A DNA stretch of 64,000 bases, from contig NC_043002.1 of assembly GCF_006345805.1 (NCBI RefSeq), positions 60,760,001 to 60,824,000 on the forward strand, read 5' to 3'. Position 1 is the first letter of the stretch. Each line of letters opens with the position of its first letter. The translations under genes and the position numbers were made by a program. Under the pieces are notes generated by a model that did not search any database, was not told the origin of the DNA, and saw nothing but the letters and a program-made list of their open reading frames with translations. Below are positions 1 to 12,744 of the stretch, piece by piece. The DNA is from Octopus sinensis. Its lineage: Eukaryota.

Positions 1-825
1 TAACTTTTCATCTTTGAAGTTTCTATCGTATTTTTTTTTTTTTTGTTTTTTAAAATTCTTTTGTATATTTTGTAATCTGTACAATATCAGAAAACATTTT
101 AAAAGTACAAGAGTATAATTGATAATTAAACAATTTTGATGATTTTGCAGCGTTTCCCGCACGCACACACACACACATACACATATATAAAGTAAGTCTA
201 AAGAGCCAAATAATTTCTTCTCTGAAGCTTAAGATCTCTCTGGGAAGCATGATGTTTACCCATACTTATAAACATATCTATTATCATACATGCATCTATG
301 TAAAACCTTGCCGAAATTTTAGTATATATATGTTCATATATCCATGGTTAGACTTGCAACAACATGTATAATTATACATGAAAAAAAATATATAGATCTG
401 CATATGCATTGAGGTTTTCGTATTTCGATCCCGGTATATCTACATTTATAGATACACAATTACCAAGATGACGTTCTTGAAATGCTAACAACGGAGCCAT
501 GGATCTAGGCTAGAAACCAGCTCTATTGGCAAGAAATCTATAAATACAACTAAACAATAACATACATACAGAGAAGAACAGATACATGTGTACATACGTG
601 TCTCTCAACTTACATACATGCCTACTTCTCTCCTTGGAAAAGAGAAAAAAAATCTATCTATCTATCTATTGAGATTATATATATATATATATATAAGGGG
701 GGGAGAGAGAGAGAGACATGGACAGATATATAGATATATACTTATAAATATACTTCTATGTACTTATATTCATATTCATACACATACACACACAAACACG
801 CACGCGCGCGCGCACACACACTCAG

Positions 826-884
<59 letters not shown>

Positions 885-2611
885 CATATATTTATATATA
901 TACATAAAAGAAAATACGAAATTCCAATGAATTTTATGTCATTGTTAGCGGAAGTGAAACCGGTCGACAAACATAATACTCTTTCAATTATAAAATATTA
1001 AAAAAAATATATTAGAATTATGTAAAATGTGTACATTTTCCTTCTTTTATTGTATTCATATATATATATTGCATTACAACTCACCACGTGAGGATAATCA
1101 AAATGTTTTGTTACTATATATATGTGTGTGTGTATATGTGTGTGAGTGGGTGTATGTGTGTGTGTTCCTATTAGTGCAAGTAGTCCATGTAACTTCAATC
1201 CATTACAATTAGCTTGTCTAATTTATGTGTATGTTTCATTCATATAGCCATTACTTTCCTTTTGTAATCATACAACACGCTCAAATATCATCTTTATAAT
1301 ATTCTACTTTCGTACATTTAATATTTTCTAAGAAATGACAGCCCGTTTTTCTTTATTCCGTTGTTTCTTTTACTTACACTATATTTTAATATTCACAAAT
1401 TGACGAACGTCATTATATAATTTATTAATCTAATTTATCCATTTCACAGACTGTTATGAATCTCTACTAAATTAATTATACATTTCTCAGTTCAGTTCTA
1501 GTTTAGCATGAACAGTTTTTAGGATTATTTAACCATCTCCAAATTTACTCCAACTAATCCACCATCGACTTAATAAGATTTACATAACTCTTATGATATC
1601 TAAATTTTCATACTACATCTTATATGACGCAGACGCTTCACCATATTATACCATTCCCTTGCTGTAGATATTTTTTTCTAATCCAAATGCGTCCTTCCAT
1701 TTCATGACGTACAAGACTTCAAAAATTAGTTTAGATTTAATCCTCATCTCTCGAAATTTATTTGCACATTTCACAATTTTTAATTTCATAATGTTTCAAA
1801 AATCTTTAACACATTGCTGAGCTTTTTTTGCAGCAGGATTTCGAACCCGTATCTCTAGATATGCGGTCAGGTATCACGAGTAAACCACAATAGTTTCACG
1901 TGATCCATCTATTAAGCAACCAATCACCATTAATCCATCCTGAGACTCAATTTTCTAGAATCTCCATCTTGTATTCACTCTCTACAAGGTCGCTTATGCC
2001 GTTAATTAATTGAATAATGCTAGGGCAGTTATACGATGTGTCTCAATTCTTCTGCCAAACCGGAAATCCACACAGGCGGCTCAGTGAGTTGAAAAAACCT
2101 TCGTCACCACGAATATAGCAAAATTGTTTGCAATTACACTGTGCAAGATGCATAATCACTTTATGTGCAATGAGAAAATCTCTTGTTAAATGTTCGTAGG
2201 TGTTGTTTAATTACTTCTCCAAGCAGCACAAGAAGCATTATCATTCCTCAACTCAATCACCACTATAGACCAGACAACAACAAACACACAAGTCACAGGT
2301 TAATCACAGTAAACTGGGCTTTTATAAATCATGCTCATATCAGGTCAGGTATTGTACATCAGCCAACAGATCTTTCTACATTTTCCGTTTCCCATTTTCC
2401 TTTCTCTATATCTATTTACACGTAATCCTTACTATATCTTCTATACCTTCATGTTAATGCCCTCTTTGTCTCCTCCTTTCAAACTGAACCACAGCTCCAC
2501 CCTCCTTGTATTTTATGCATTTCTTCTCAGCTGAGACACCTTTCTCTTATGGTTTCGTGTTCTCACATTCTTTATTCTTAGTTTATTTTCTCTAAAAATA
2601 ACTTCATTATA

Positions 2612-3895
2612 CGAGGGGCATTCAATAAGTAATGCCCCTGACCCACTTCCCATAGCAGTAGAGCAACGAAACTTGGCACAGTTATTAGTCTTTTTCTACA
2701 TAGGAACCACCCGGAGTTACGCATTTCTCCCATCGTTTGATGCAGCTCTGAAGACCGTTTTTGTAGAAGACCCCAGCTTGGTCCTCCAACCACGACGTGA
2801 CTTCAGAAATCAAGGCTGCATCATCTGGGAAACGCTTTCCTTTCAAAAACAACTTCATGGCTGGGAAGAGGTGGAAATCAGAGGGTGCAGGTCAGGAGAG
2901 TAGGGAGAATGGGGGATGAGTTCATAGCCGCACGCCTGTGCTTCTGATCTGGCGACACGCGAGTTGTGGATCGGAGCGTTGTCCTGCAGGAGGAAGATGC
3001 CTTTGCTGATCTTGCCCCGCCTCTTTAAGCTTCTCTTAAATTCCTCAAAAGTGAAGCATAATAGACTCCTGTAATTGTGGTACCCTTTGCCAAGAAATCT
3101 GTCATCACTACTCCGTCCTGGTCCCAGAAGACTGTGAGCATGACCTTGCCAGCGGAGAGCTGCACCCTTGACTTCTTTGGAGGAGGTGAGTCACGGTGCG
3201 TCCACTGCATTGACTGGGCTTTGGTCTCTGGATCATAGTGATGGACCCAGGTTTCATCCTGTGTAATCAGTCTTTTGAAAAATTTTGACTCATCTTCTTG
3301 GCCCATCTTCAAATTCATCCTCGCGCAATCGACGCGTTCTTGCTTCTGGAAAGGTGTGAGCAGCCTGGGAATCCATCTCGCAGACACCTTTTGCATATGC
3401 AAATGGTCATGAATGATAGTTTCTACAGACCCGGTACTAATCTTGACCTAATGGGCTATTTGGCGAATAGTTATGCGTCGATCTTCCAAAATGGCAGCCT
3501 CAACTTGACGGACAGATGCCTCATCAATGGCAGAAGGGGGCGACCAGATCTGGGAGCTGTTTCCACAAAGTTCCGACCATGTTTGAATTCACGATGCCAG
3601 CGTTTTATAAGGTCATATGATGGGGCATCATCACCATAAGTTACTTTTATTTCATCAAAAGTCTCCCGTAGTGTGCGTCCTTTCAAATACAAAAACCGGA
3701 TCACTGCTCGACACTCAACAGGCTCCATTTCACACTTGACTCAGTTCAAACACCTGTATATCAGAAACCACAATTAGTTCAGAGCTGTAATTTGCCGCTT
3801 AATCTATAGAGATATAAATAATTGCACATGTAAATTTTCAGCTAGATCAAACACCTGCAAGTGGGTCAGAGGCATTACTTATTGAACGCCCCTCG
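2612..3895 (-). mobile_element. Mariner (DD34D) DNA transposon, full length, copy 1
   Basis: 37-bp TIRs: CGAGGGGCATTCAATAAGTAATGCCCCTGACCCACTT at 2612 and its reverse complement (2 mismatches) ending at 3895. TA dinucleotide on both flanks (2610-2611, 3896-3897). Confidence 0.96.
2685..3728 (-). pseudogene. Mariner transposase pseudogene (frameshifted)
   Basis: ORF pieces MEPVECRAVIRFL..., WIPRLL, LITQDETWVHHYDPE, KVMLTVFWD, LQDNAP, HSPYSPDL..SDFHLF, ending YVEKD*. Interrupted by frameshifts and stops. Confidence 0.93.
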
Positions 3896-4050
3896 TATGT
3901 TTCTCTCTCTTTGTCTAATTTCTCAACGTTTTGGATATTATTCCCTCCCCATTCTTTGCCATTATGCCTTCTGATAACGATATTCTATGATTAGATATAT
4001 GAATGTGCTTCTCTACCATGGTTCATTATCTTTGTTTATATACATTTGAT

Positions 4051-4293
4051 ACTCTTTTTAACTCTTTTACTTGATTCATTCATTTGACCGAGGCCATGCT
4101 GGAGTACTGCCTTTAGTCGAGCAAATCGACCCCAGGAATTATTCTTTGTAAGCCTAGTACTTATTCTATCGGTCTCGTTTTGCCTAACTGCTACGTTATG
4201 GGGACGTAAACACACCAGCACCGGTTGTCAAGCGATGTTAAGGGGACAAACATATATATATATATGTATATATACACAAACACACACACACAC

Positions 4294-4353
<60 letters not shown>

Positions 4354-4517
4354 TATATAACGTGTGTGTGTTTTCAGTTTCTGTCTACCAAATCCACTCA
4401 CAAGGCTTTGGTCGGCCCGAGGCTATAGTAGAAGACACTTGCGCAAGGTGCCACGCAGTGGGACTGAACCCGGAATCATGTGATTGGTAAGCAAGCTACT
4501 TGCCACGCCTGCGCCTA
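4051..4517 (-). mobile_element. tRNA-derived SINE family A with internal microsatellite
   Basis: Head GGCGCAGG..., GGGTTCAGTCCCAC B-box-like motif, CACCTTGCGCAAGT, internal (TA)n/(CA)n, GTAAAAGA tail. Homologous to copies at 10943, 42690, 60820 and 63530. Confidence 0.85.
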
Positions 4518-4677
4518 TGGTTTTTACCCCTAATTATATAATATACGTAAGTGTATCCATTATTCATGGAAACAGATGTGAAAGCTTGATTTTATCATTT
4601 AATATTACTTAACATCTCATGTACATATATTCCATAACCATCCATGGTCATTTGTTCAACCCTTTATGTATGTGCAA

Positions 4678-4734
<57 letters not shown>

Positions 4735-4957
4735 ACATGTACGTTGTCATGGTCGGTCTTTCACACCACTGGTAACATATAACCCAATACAATCTGTTGC
4801 ATGATCGGGTCGACGGCGACTAAACTGGGAAATCCATCAAGCTTGCTTGGTGAGAAGTGTGATTGTTGGTCATTCCCAGGACGAAAAATAAAACCTGAGA
4901 AAGGGCGGAAGAACTCATAAGCAGTCAATGGTCATCCTACAATATGTATACATGTGT

Positions 4958-5174
4958 AAGGCGGCCAGCGGGCGGAAAAGTTAGCACGTCGGGCGAACTA
5001 CTTAGTGATATTTCGTCTGTCTTTATGTCCTAATTTCAAATTCCGCCGAGGCCGACTTTGCCTTACATCTTTTCGGGTTCGATAAATTAAGTACCAGTTG
5101 CGTACTGAGGTCGATCTAATCGACTGCCTCCCTCCCCCAAAATATCCGGCCTTGTGGCTAGAGTAGAAAAGAAT
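4958..5174 (+). mobile_element. SINE family B monomer
   Basis: AAGGCGG... head, TTCAAATTCC B-box-like motif, TTTTCGGGTTCGATAAATTAAGTACCAG central domain, GTAGAAAAGAAT end. Many copies in the window. Confidence 0.85.
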
Positions 5175-5899
5175 ATGTATTATATGTGTATGTACGCATG
5201 TATATATCAACGGGGACCCTCGGTTGTTGTCACAACAGCTTTCGAAGAAAGGGAAACTCACAGAAAACATGACAATATTCGATGATGTAGATTGGTTTTT
5301 CTTTTCAAGTTTATGTTGTCCATGTACAGAAAGTGAGATTGGATTCGTGCAAATCATTTCCCCAGAATAAAAAATCGCCATGCTCAGGCATCGCTTGAAA
5401 TAATACCTCTCATAAATATGGATAGTTGTAGCCTTCACATGTGTGAGACTTTCGATGAAGCGATGATAGTATTCGAACACGAGTTTGCAGCCCCATTATA
5501 TAAACATATATGTATGTATATGTGTATATGTGTATGTGTGCTTAGGTTTAGTTGTACAGACGGGATAAATTGAACTCTAAACATTGGTGTATATGCATAT
5601 TATTTACAGTATGGTGTATGATAAGGAGAGGTTCAAAATAAGGATTTCGTCAATGTCACACTTAACCGCGATGGCGTGATTACATTCGATACCTTAAGAA
5701 TGTCAGGTATTTAAATACATATACATTCCCCTCTCATACCTACGGATTTTCATGGTTTATTTATTCCCCATCAAATACTACATCGATTGAATCTTGAGAA
5801 TTTCAACTGCTTCAACGACATTGTAAATTGGATTTCACTGTATTCATTTATTATATGGAGTGTTAGCAGAGTCCGTAAGAGAGTCTTCTGTGACAGCCA

Positions 5900-5941
<42 letters not shown>

Positions 5942-5960
5942 TCTCTCTTTATATATATGC

Positions 5961-6002
<42 letters not shown>

Positions 6003-6247
6003 TATATATTGTGCAAGCATGTATATGGAAGGAGAGAAGGAAAGGGAGAGGGAGAGAGAAGGAATGAGACACTCAGTTAAATAGGATTGGCACTTCCACA
6101 TCTTAAAGTATGGAAACGTTTGTTATTTGACAGAATATGTAAATGCTTTTCAAAGCTTTAACACTGAAAACTTAGGTAAACACCTATGCTGCAGCCTTTG
6201 TTTGGCTTTCATTTCATTGTGCCGATGTTCGATAACTATGCTCTTCC

Positions 6248-6251
<4 letters not shown>

Positions 6252-6288
<37 letters not shown>

Positions 6289-6305
6289 TATATATATATA
6301 GATAT

Positions 6306-6343
<38 letters not shown>

Positions 6344-6381
6344 TATATTAGTATAATTATAATTATTATATATTATTATAT

Positions 6382-6414
<33 letters not shown>

Positions 6415-6530
6415 TATATAATATATATATTTATATATATATATATTATATATATATGTATATATACATATATATATATACATAATATGTATATATATAC
6501 ATATATATATACTATTATATATATATTATG

Positions 6531-6573
<43 letters not shown>

Positions 6574-6620
6574 TATATAGAGAGAGATAGAGATAAATAG
6601 AGAGGTAGACAGATAGATAG
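6252..6620. repeat. Imperfect (TA)n microsatellite with GA/GATA tail
   Basis: Directly visible. Confidence 0.95.
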
Positions 6621-7381
6621 ATACTTAGCTACATACATATATTTATATATATGTCTTTATATATATGTATGTGTGTTACTGTGTTACTGTGTGTGCGTTT
6701 GTGCAAACAGGGTATTATTTATGCTTTTGCATATTCGCTTTCCAAGGTGAACATGGCAATTGTGAAGATCTAGCCAAAGAGTTGACAATATGAAAGACTT
6801 GTAGGAATTCGTCAGCCTTACTTTCGATGAAGTTTACACATGTGGTTAGTATGATGGCATTTGTATCATGTATAATCAAATCAATTTACCACAATCTTAA
6901 GAAGAAGAACACGTAGAACAGAAGAACACGTAGCAAGTAGAGATCTGCTCAAACGTAAATTCGGTTACAGATACCTGACCCATATCTACAGGTGTCAATG
7001 AACGTCGTAGCTATAACATCGATAGCCTTTGGAGTTGAGTTTGTCATTAGCACTGATCCTAATTAGATAATGCTAACAAATTGAGGTAAAGCAATAAGTA
7101 TATCTGAATATAATTTTAAAGGCTGTTAATTGAAGACCTTTGAATAGATTCAGCGCATTTGTATTAACACATGTAAAGCGTTTCAAGCGACGTCACAACC
7201 TCAAATCACACACGCTATCATGGTCCAGGTGACGTAAGTACATTAGGCTTTATCGTTTGGATTTTCAATGATCCGTACAATTGACTGGATCCGCTAATTG
7301 CAAATGCAAAGCAAATACATCTAGTCCGCCAACGAATACGAAAATCTTGTTAACAGTTAATTCGGCCATTTTATCCGCCTA

Positions 7382-7382
<1 letters not shown>

Positions 7383-7462
<80 letters not shown>
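7383..7462. repeat. (TAA)n microsatellite
   Basis: Directly visible perfect run. Confidence 0.97.
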
Positions 7463-7463
<1 letters not shown>

Positions 7464-7464
<1 letters not shown>

Positions 7465-7615
7465 TGGAGGCGCGTGGCTTAGTGGTTAGGCTGTCAGCAT
7501 CATGATCTTAAGATTGTGGTTTCTATTCCTGAACCGGGCGACGCGTTGTGTTCTTGAGCAAAACACTTCATTTCACGTTGTTCCTGTCCACTCAGCTGGC
7601 AAAAATGAGTAATGC
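7464..7615 (+). mobile_element. tRNA-derived SINE family C (3'-truncated)
   Basis: TGGCTTAGTGGTTAGG A-box, GGTTTCTATTCC B-box-like motif, TTGTGTTCTTGAGCAAAACACTT domain. Homologue at 13735-13983. Confidence 0.8.
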
Positions 7616-7660
7616 GATAAAAACAAATCAAGGCTCTGTAGATTTCAGCATATTTATAAA

Positions 7661-7714
7661 TCGGTCTTACAGCTGTTTCTAGGATATCTCTTATATCCCT
7701 TCATCGGAGGCGGG
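7661..7714 (-). ncRNA. Degenerate minimal type I hammerhead motif
   Basis: Minus strand: ccgcct-CCGATGA-agggatat(aagag)atatccta-GAAA-cagctg-TA-agaccg. Palindromic helix III; core U4 is mutated to C. Confidence 0.6.
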
Positions 7715-7817
7715 GTGAGAAAATGGTTAAGCAATAGTTAATTTAGATAAGATACGAAATACAGAGGTGGAGGAAAGGGAAAAATTATTAATTATTCCCC
7801 TTAAATATATTTATTTG

Positions 7818-8085
7818 TATTAAGGGCTAGTGTACATAAATGCCTCACTTTAAGAGGGAATCTTAAAGTCAAAACTATCATAATAAGCACATTCTCCCGA
7901 ACGCGAGGGAAAGTGACTCTCGAAGAGAGCATCTTCAAAACAGATGATCTGCGGCTGAATCTGTTTTTAAGATGCTCGATTCGAGAGTTGCATTCTCTCG
8001 CGTTCAGTAAAATGTGTCTATTATGGTAGTTTTGACTTTAAGAGTCCCGCCTAGTGTGAGTCATTTACGTATAGTAATGCCCTTA

Positions 8086-8088
<3 letters not shown>
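7818..8088. repeat. Diverged inverted repeat, ~128-bp arms, 13-nt spacer
   Basis: 7818-7945 pairs with 7959-8088 (e.g. CTTAAAGTCAAAACTA/TAGTTTTGACTTTAAG, GAACGCGAG/CTCGCGTTC, GAGCATCTT/AAGATGCTC). Confidence 0.9.
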
Positions 8089-8139
<51 letters not shown>

Positions 8140-8410
8140 TTATTAATAAGGGTGAGAGAATTAGATACTAATTTAATAGTATACCTATTCAACACCAAGT
8201 GGCCCAGTGCCCCGAGAAACCTGGATTATTATAATATTTATAATATATTATAATTTTTATACAAAAATAAATATAAGAGAGTGGTCACTATGTGGCTCAC
8301 TCTAGCACTAGTAAATCCAAAAGGTTTCAACCACAAAAATACATGTTTCCCATGAAAGTCAGTACGATTGTTAGCTCACACGAACAGGGCAAATAAAAAA
8401 AACAAAAATA

Positions 8411-8505
8411 CAGATTATTTTGGGACAATTGTTTCGCTATTAATGAATTAAATGTAATTTTACTCACAAAAAACTCACTTGTAGCTCCTCAGCCAAAACT
8501 ATCTG
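8411..8505 (-). ncRNA. Minimal type I hammerhead ribozyme (inverted copy)
   Basis: Reverse complement of the motif at 8780-8874. Confidence 0.85.
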
Positions 8506-8779
8506 GATGAAATCCACTCAATCACACGCCAGATTTTACCATAACGATAAATACACGTGTGGTTCAATTGATTACATCCGACGTTATAATTCAAATGCCC
8601 CTACCAACAGCGCGCCAAACTTTCACTACATTTATTTCTAAATGTAGTATTTGTTTCCGTGAAAGTTTGGCGCGCTGTTGGTAGGGGCATTTGAATTATA
8701 ACGTCGGGTGTAATCAATTGAACCACACGTGTATTTATCGTTATGGTAAAATCTGGCGTGTGATTGAGTGGATTTTATC

Positions 8780-8874
8780 CAGATAGTTTTGGCTGAGGAG
8801 CTACAAGTGAGTTTTTTGTGAGTAAAATTACATTTAATTCATTAATAGCGAAACAATTGTCCCAAAATAATCTG
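8780..8874 (+). ncRNA. Minimal type I hammerhead ribozyme
   Basis: ttttgg-CTGAGGA-gcta...tagc-GAAA-caattg-TC-ccaaaa. Helix I is extended by cagat/atctg. Predicted cleavage after C8861 (GUC). Confidence 0.88.
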
Positions 8875-9309
8875 TATTTTTGTTATTTTTTATTTGCCCT
8901 GTTCGTGTGAGCTAACAATCGTACTGACTTTCATGGGAAACATGTATTTTGTGGTTGAAACCTTTTGGGTTACTAGTGCTAGAGTGACCCACATAGTGAC
9001 CACTCTCTTATATTTATTTTTGTATAAAATATTATAATATATTATAAAATATTATAATAATCCAGGTTTCTCGGGGCACTGGGCCACTTGGTGTTGAATA
9101 GGTATACCATTAAATTAGTATCTAATTCTCTCATCCTTATTAATTAATTATAATTATGCTACATTTATTTCTAAATGTAGTATTTGTTCCGTGAAAGTTT
9201 GGCGCGCTGTTGGTAGGGGCATTGAATTATAACGTCGGATGTAATCAATGAACCACACGTGTATTTATCGTTATGGTAAAATCTGGCGTGTGATTGAGTG
9301 GATTTCATC

Positions 9310-9403
9310 CAGATAGTTTTGGCTGAGGAGCTACAAGTGAGTTTTTTGTGAGTAAAATACATTTAATTCATTAATAGCGAAACAATTGTCCCAAAATAAT
9401 CTG
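9310..9403 (+). ncRNA. Minimal type I hammerhead ribozyme (tandem copy)
   Basis: Same motif; CTGAGGA at 9323-9329, predicted cleavage after C9390. Confidence 0.88.
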
Positions 9404-9575
9404 TATTTTTGTTATTTTTTATTTGCCCTGTTCGTGTGGGCTAACAATCGTACTGACTTTCATGGGAAACATGTATTTTGTGGTTGAAACCTTTTGGATT
9501 TACTAGTGCTAGAGTGAGCCACATAGTGACCACTCGCTTATATTTATTTTTATATTTATTATTATATTTATTTAT

Positions 9576-9610
<35 letters not shown>

Positions 9611-9982
9611 TATTATATATATATATATATTATATATATATATATATTATATATTATATATATATATATAGATATATATATATATATATATAATATTGTT
9701 GTATTTCGAGACGGTCATTTTAATTTTGCCAAATAAACACACGCACTAGATATTTGTTATTCCCTTGTTTATTGTGTATTACTGTTCTTATTTCTTTGTC
9801 TTTGTATTTTAACTCATGTACATTGGTGGACGATGGACATGAGTTAAATTTTTAAAAATAAGAAGATACAATATCTGTTTCTACGCACGATTTCATAACA
9901 GGAATCTTGTAACACAAATTGATGTATATATATATATATACTTTCATATGTATATAAATACATATATTTGTATATCGATGTT

Positions 9983-10016
<34 letters not shown>

Positions 10017-10942
10017 TACGCGTAAACACACATGGGTACACATTTATATTTATATATAAATGTATGTATATACAGATATATATATATATACACATATGTG
10101 TATATATATGTATGTAAGCAAATGTGTATTTATATATTTTTGTGAGCTCAATTTCGCAGTTGTGTGTGTATGTGTATTTGTGTGAGTGTGGGTGGATGTG
10201 CGTGTATGTGGTGTGTGTGTCTGTGCGTCTATATATGTATCTTCTAAACTGGGATATAGATGATGCTAAGAGCAGGTCAGCGTAGTTCATCACTGAAGGT
10301 TATCTAGTATGCTGCTTCTCCGCTAAAAGATCAATTAGAGATAAGATCATGTTTGATTTCCATCCTCTCTACATTGATAAAATATCAATCAGAAACAGTA
10401 TGCTATAGCTGAATCAATTTAAGTGTGCCATTCACCATTCCTTAACAAAATCTAAGATCTGTCTGAAAAAATCAATAATATATCACTAACAAGAAAATAC
10501 CAGATCTCTGTTAGCCTGTTCGATATCAGCCAATGGAAAATTAGAATTCTCAGACTACGACTCTTATATTAGTGTTTGTTGTCCCTTGGTCCTACAATTC
10601 AGCACGTGACCATCGTAGATAATTCTCATTGGTTCAGTAAATCTGAATAACCTCAATTTAATGAAATATGGTTTCACATTTTAGCGCAAGGTGAAGAATT
10701 TCGGAGGTGGGTATGTAGGTTACATCAATTCCTGTATTCGACGGGTACGGATTTTATCAATCCTGAAGGGCTGAATGGCGGAATCTGAAATAAGAATGTA
10801 AAAACGGACAAAATGTCGCTAAGCCATGTTTCCGGGCGTGCTAACGATTCTGCCTGTTCGTCGCATTACAATTGAAGAAAATATGAACGTAAGAAATGGC
10901 TTTCGCAGTTTGAAGAATTATATGTTGTATATGTATATATTT

Positions 10943-11116
10943 AGGCGCAGGAGTGGCTGTATGGTAAGAAGCTTGCTTCCCAACCACGTGGTTCCGAGAG
11001 ATCAGGCTCACTGTGTGGCACCTTTAGCGAGAATTTTCTACTATAGCCTGGGGCTGACCAAAGTCTTTTGACCGGATTTGGTAGACGGAAACTGAAAGAA
11101 GACCGTCGTGTATACA

Positions 11117-11171
<55 letters not shown>

Positions 11172-11378
11172 GGGTGTATATATTTGTGTTTGTGTCTGTG
11201 TTTGTCCCCCCCATCGTTTGACAACCGATGTTGTTGTGTTTACGTTCCCGTAACTTAGAGGTTCGGCAAACGTGACCGACGGAATAAGTCCTGGGTTGAA
11301 TGGTTCGACCTAAGGCGGCGCTCCAGAATGACCGCAGTCAAATAACTGAAGCAAGTAAGAGGATAAGAGAATAAAAAA
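10943..11378 (+). mobile_element. SINE family A, full length
   Basis: AGGCGCAGGAGTGGCTGTATGGTAAGAAGCTTGC head, internal (CATA)n/(TA)n, GTAAGAGGATAAGAGAATAAAA tail. Confidence 0.85.
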
Positions 11379-11660
11379 CATATCATTTAATGAACACAGT
11401 ATAAAGTTACAAGCTATTAATAGTTTCTTGTTTGGAGACGCGGGTCTAGACACGTTTTTATAAGACGCTTTGTGTCCCCATGCAATATATTCATGCTCTG
11501 AACACATGGTCTATTTAATTCGCATATCAGTATGCTGGTACAAGAGAAATCGAAGGAAGAACGAGAAAGTTGAAGGGCGAACAAAAACTGAGAAAGGGAA
11601 GAAATTAGAGTTACATCCCCTTTTGTATATATATAAATATAAATATATATATTATATATA

Positions 11661-12666
11661 TATATATGTAAAAGTAAAAAAAATATACAAACTGGGACAG
11701 GAACGTGAAACATTTAGAAGACGACACAAAAAACACGTACGGGACTTTCAAAGCCCTCAGTCATCAGTCAAGAACCGGATCATCTTCGCAATTTCGGCTG
11801 ATTAATCTTGAGATTGCTCCGATCTGGGCAGCCCCCAAGGGAAATCTAAGCCAAGCGCATAAGATTCCTTGGAAGAAAGCCTCGAAAGTATACAACACAG
11901 GGACGGAAAACGGACGATGTTACACGAATAAAAATACAAAAATACGTAAAAACAATAATGATAGCACGAATAAGAATACAAAATACGTAAAAACAATAAT
12001 AACAAAACCAGGACGTCAGGACAAGCGTCTTTTCGACAGGACGAGTTAAGTTTTGGGCTGGCTATGGAAGAGTGTCTTAAGACCACAGGAGAACAAACAA
12101 ATACGTGTTGCCACAATGACTACAGGATGCGAAAAGGCAGTAGTCGCTGGCTGGTCACGTGAGCACAAAAAAGAGGAGAAAGGGACAGATGAAGAGAGAA
12201 AGAAGGGGAATAAGGGGGGAGAAGAAAGTGAGGGAAAGAGACAGGTCGAGTGGGGTGTAAGGTGTGAGAGGCAGAGAAATGTAGGAGAGGGGGACGGAAA
12301 AGAGAGAAAGAAAGAAGGGGAACAAGGGAGGAGAAGAAAGAGAGGGAAAGAGACAGATCAAGGTGAGTGCAAAGGGTGAAGGCAGAGAAATGTAGGAGAG
12401 GGGGGGAAGAGACAGTGTAGTAGAGTCATACAAATGTTAGAGAGTAATATACTTACGTATAGGGTCAAAAGGTGGGTACGTAGCCGCCATGTATATATGT
12501 AAAAGTTTAAAAAAATATACAAACTGGGACAAGAACGTGAAACATTTAGAAGACGACACAAAAAACACGGACGGGACTTTCGAAGCCCTCAGTCATCAGT
12601 CAAGAACCGGATCATCTTCGCAATTTCGGCTGATTAATTTTAAGATTGCTGCGATCTGGGCAGCCC

Positions 12667-12669
<3 letters not shown>
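11661..12669. mobile_element. Non-coding element with ~175-bp direct terminal repeats (832-bp period) and purine-rich core, possibly PLE-derived
   Basis: 11661-11838 repeats at 12492-12669; GA-rich low-complexity tract at about 12160-12420; flanked by (TA)n. The classification is inference. Confidence 0.6.
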
Positions 12670-12732
<63 letters not shown>

Positions 12733-12744
12733 TATATATATATA

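Larger units (their letters stand above)
8133..9553. mobile_element. Non-coding PLE/retrozyme-like element: one inverted copy plus 1.7 tandem copies of a ~530-bp unit, three hammerheads
   Basis: 8133-8626 is a near-perfect reverse complement of 8659-9152, and 9159-9553 directly repeats 8626-9020. Each copy holds an HHR. Flanked by (TA)n. Confidence 0.88.

Noticed and set aside
474-540. agcc/ggct hairpin followed by GAAACCAGCTC, flanked by TTCTTG/CAAGAA
   Set aside because: The core reads CTAACAA and helix III is unpaired; too degenerate to call a hammerhead.
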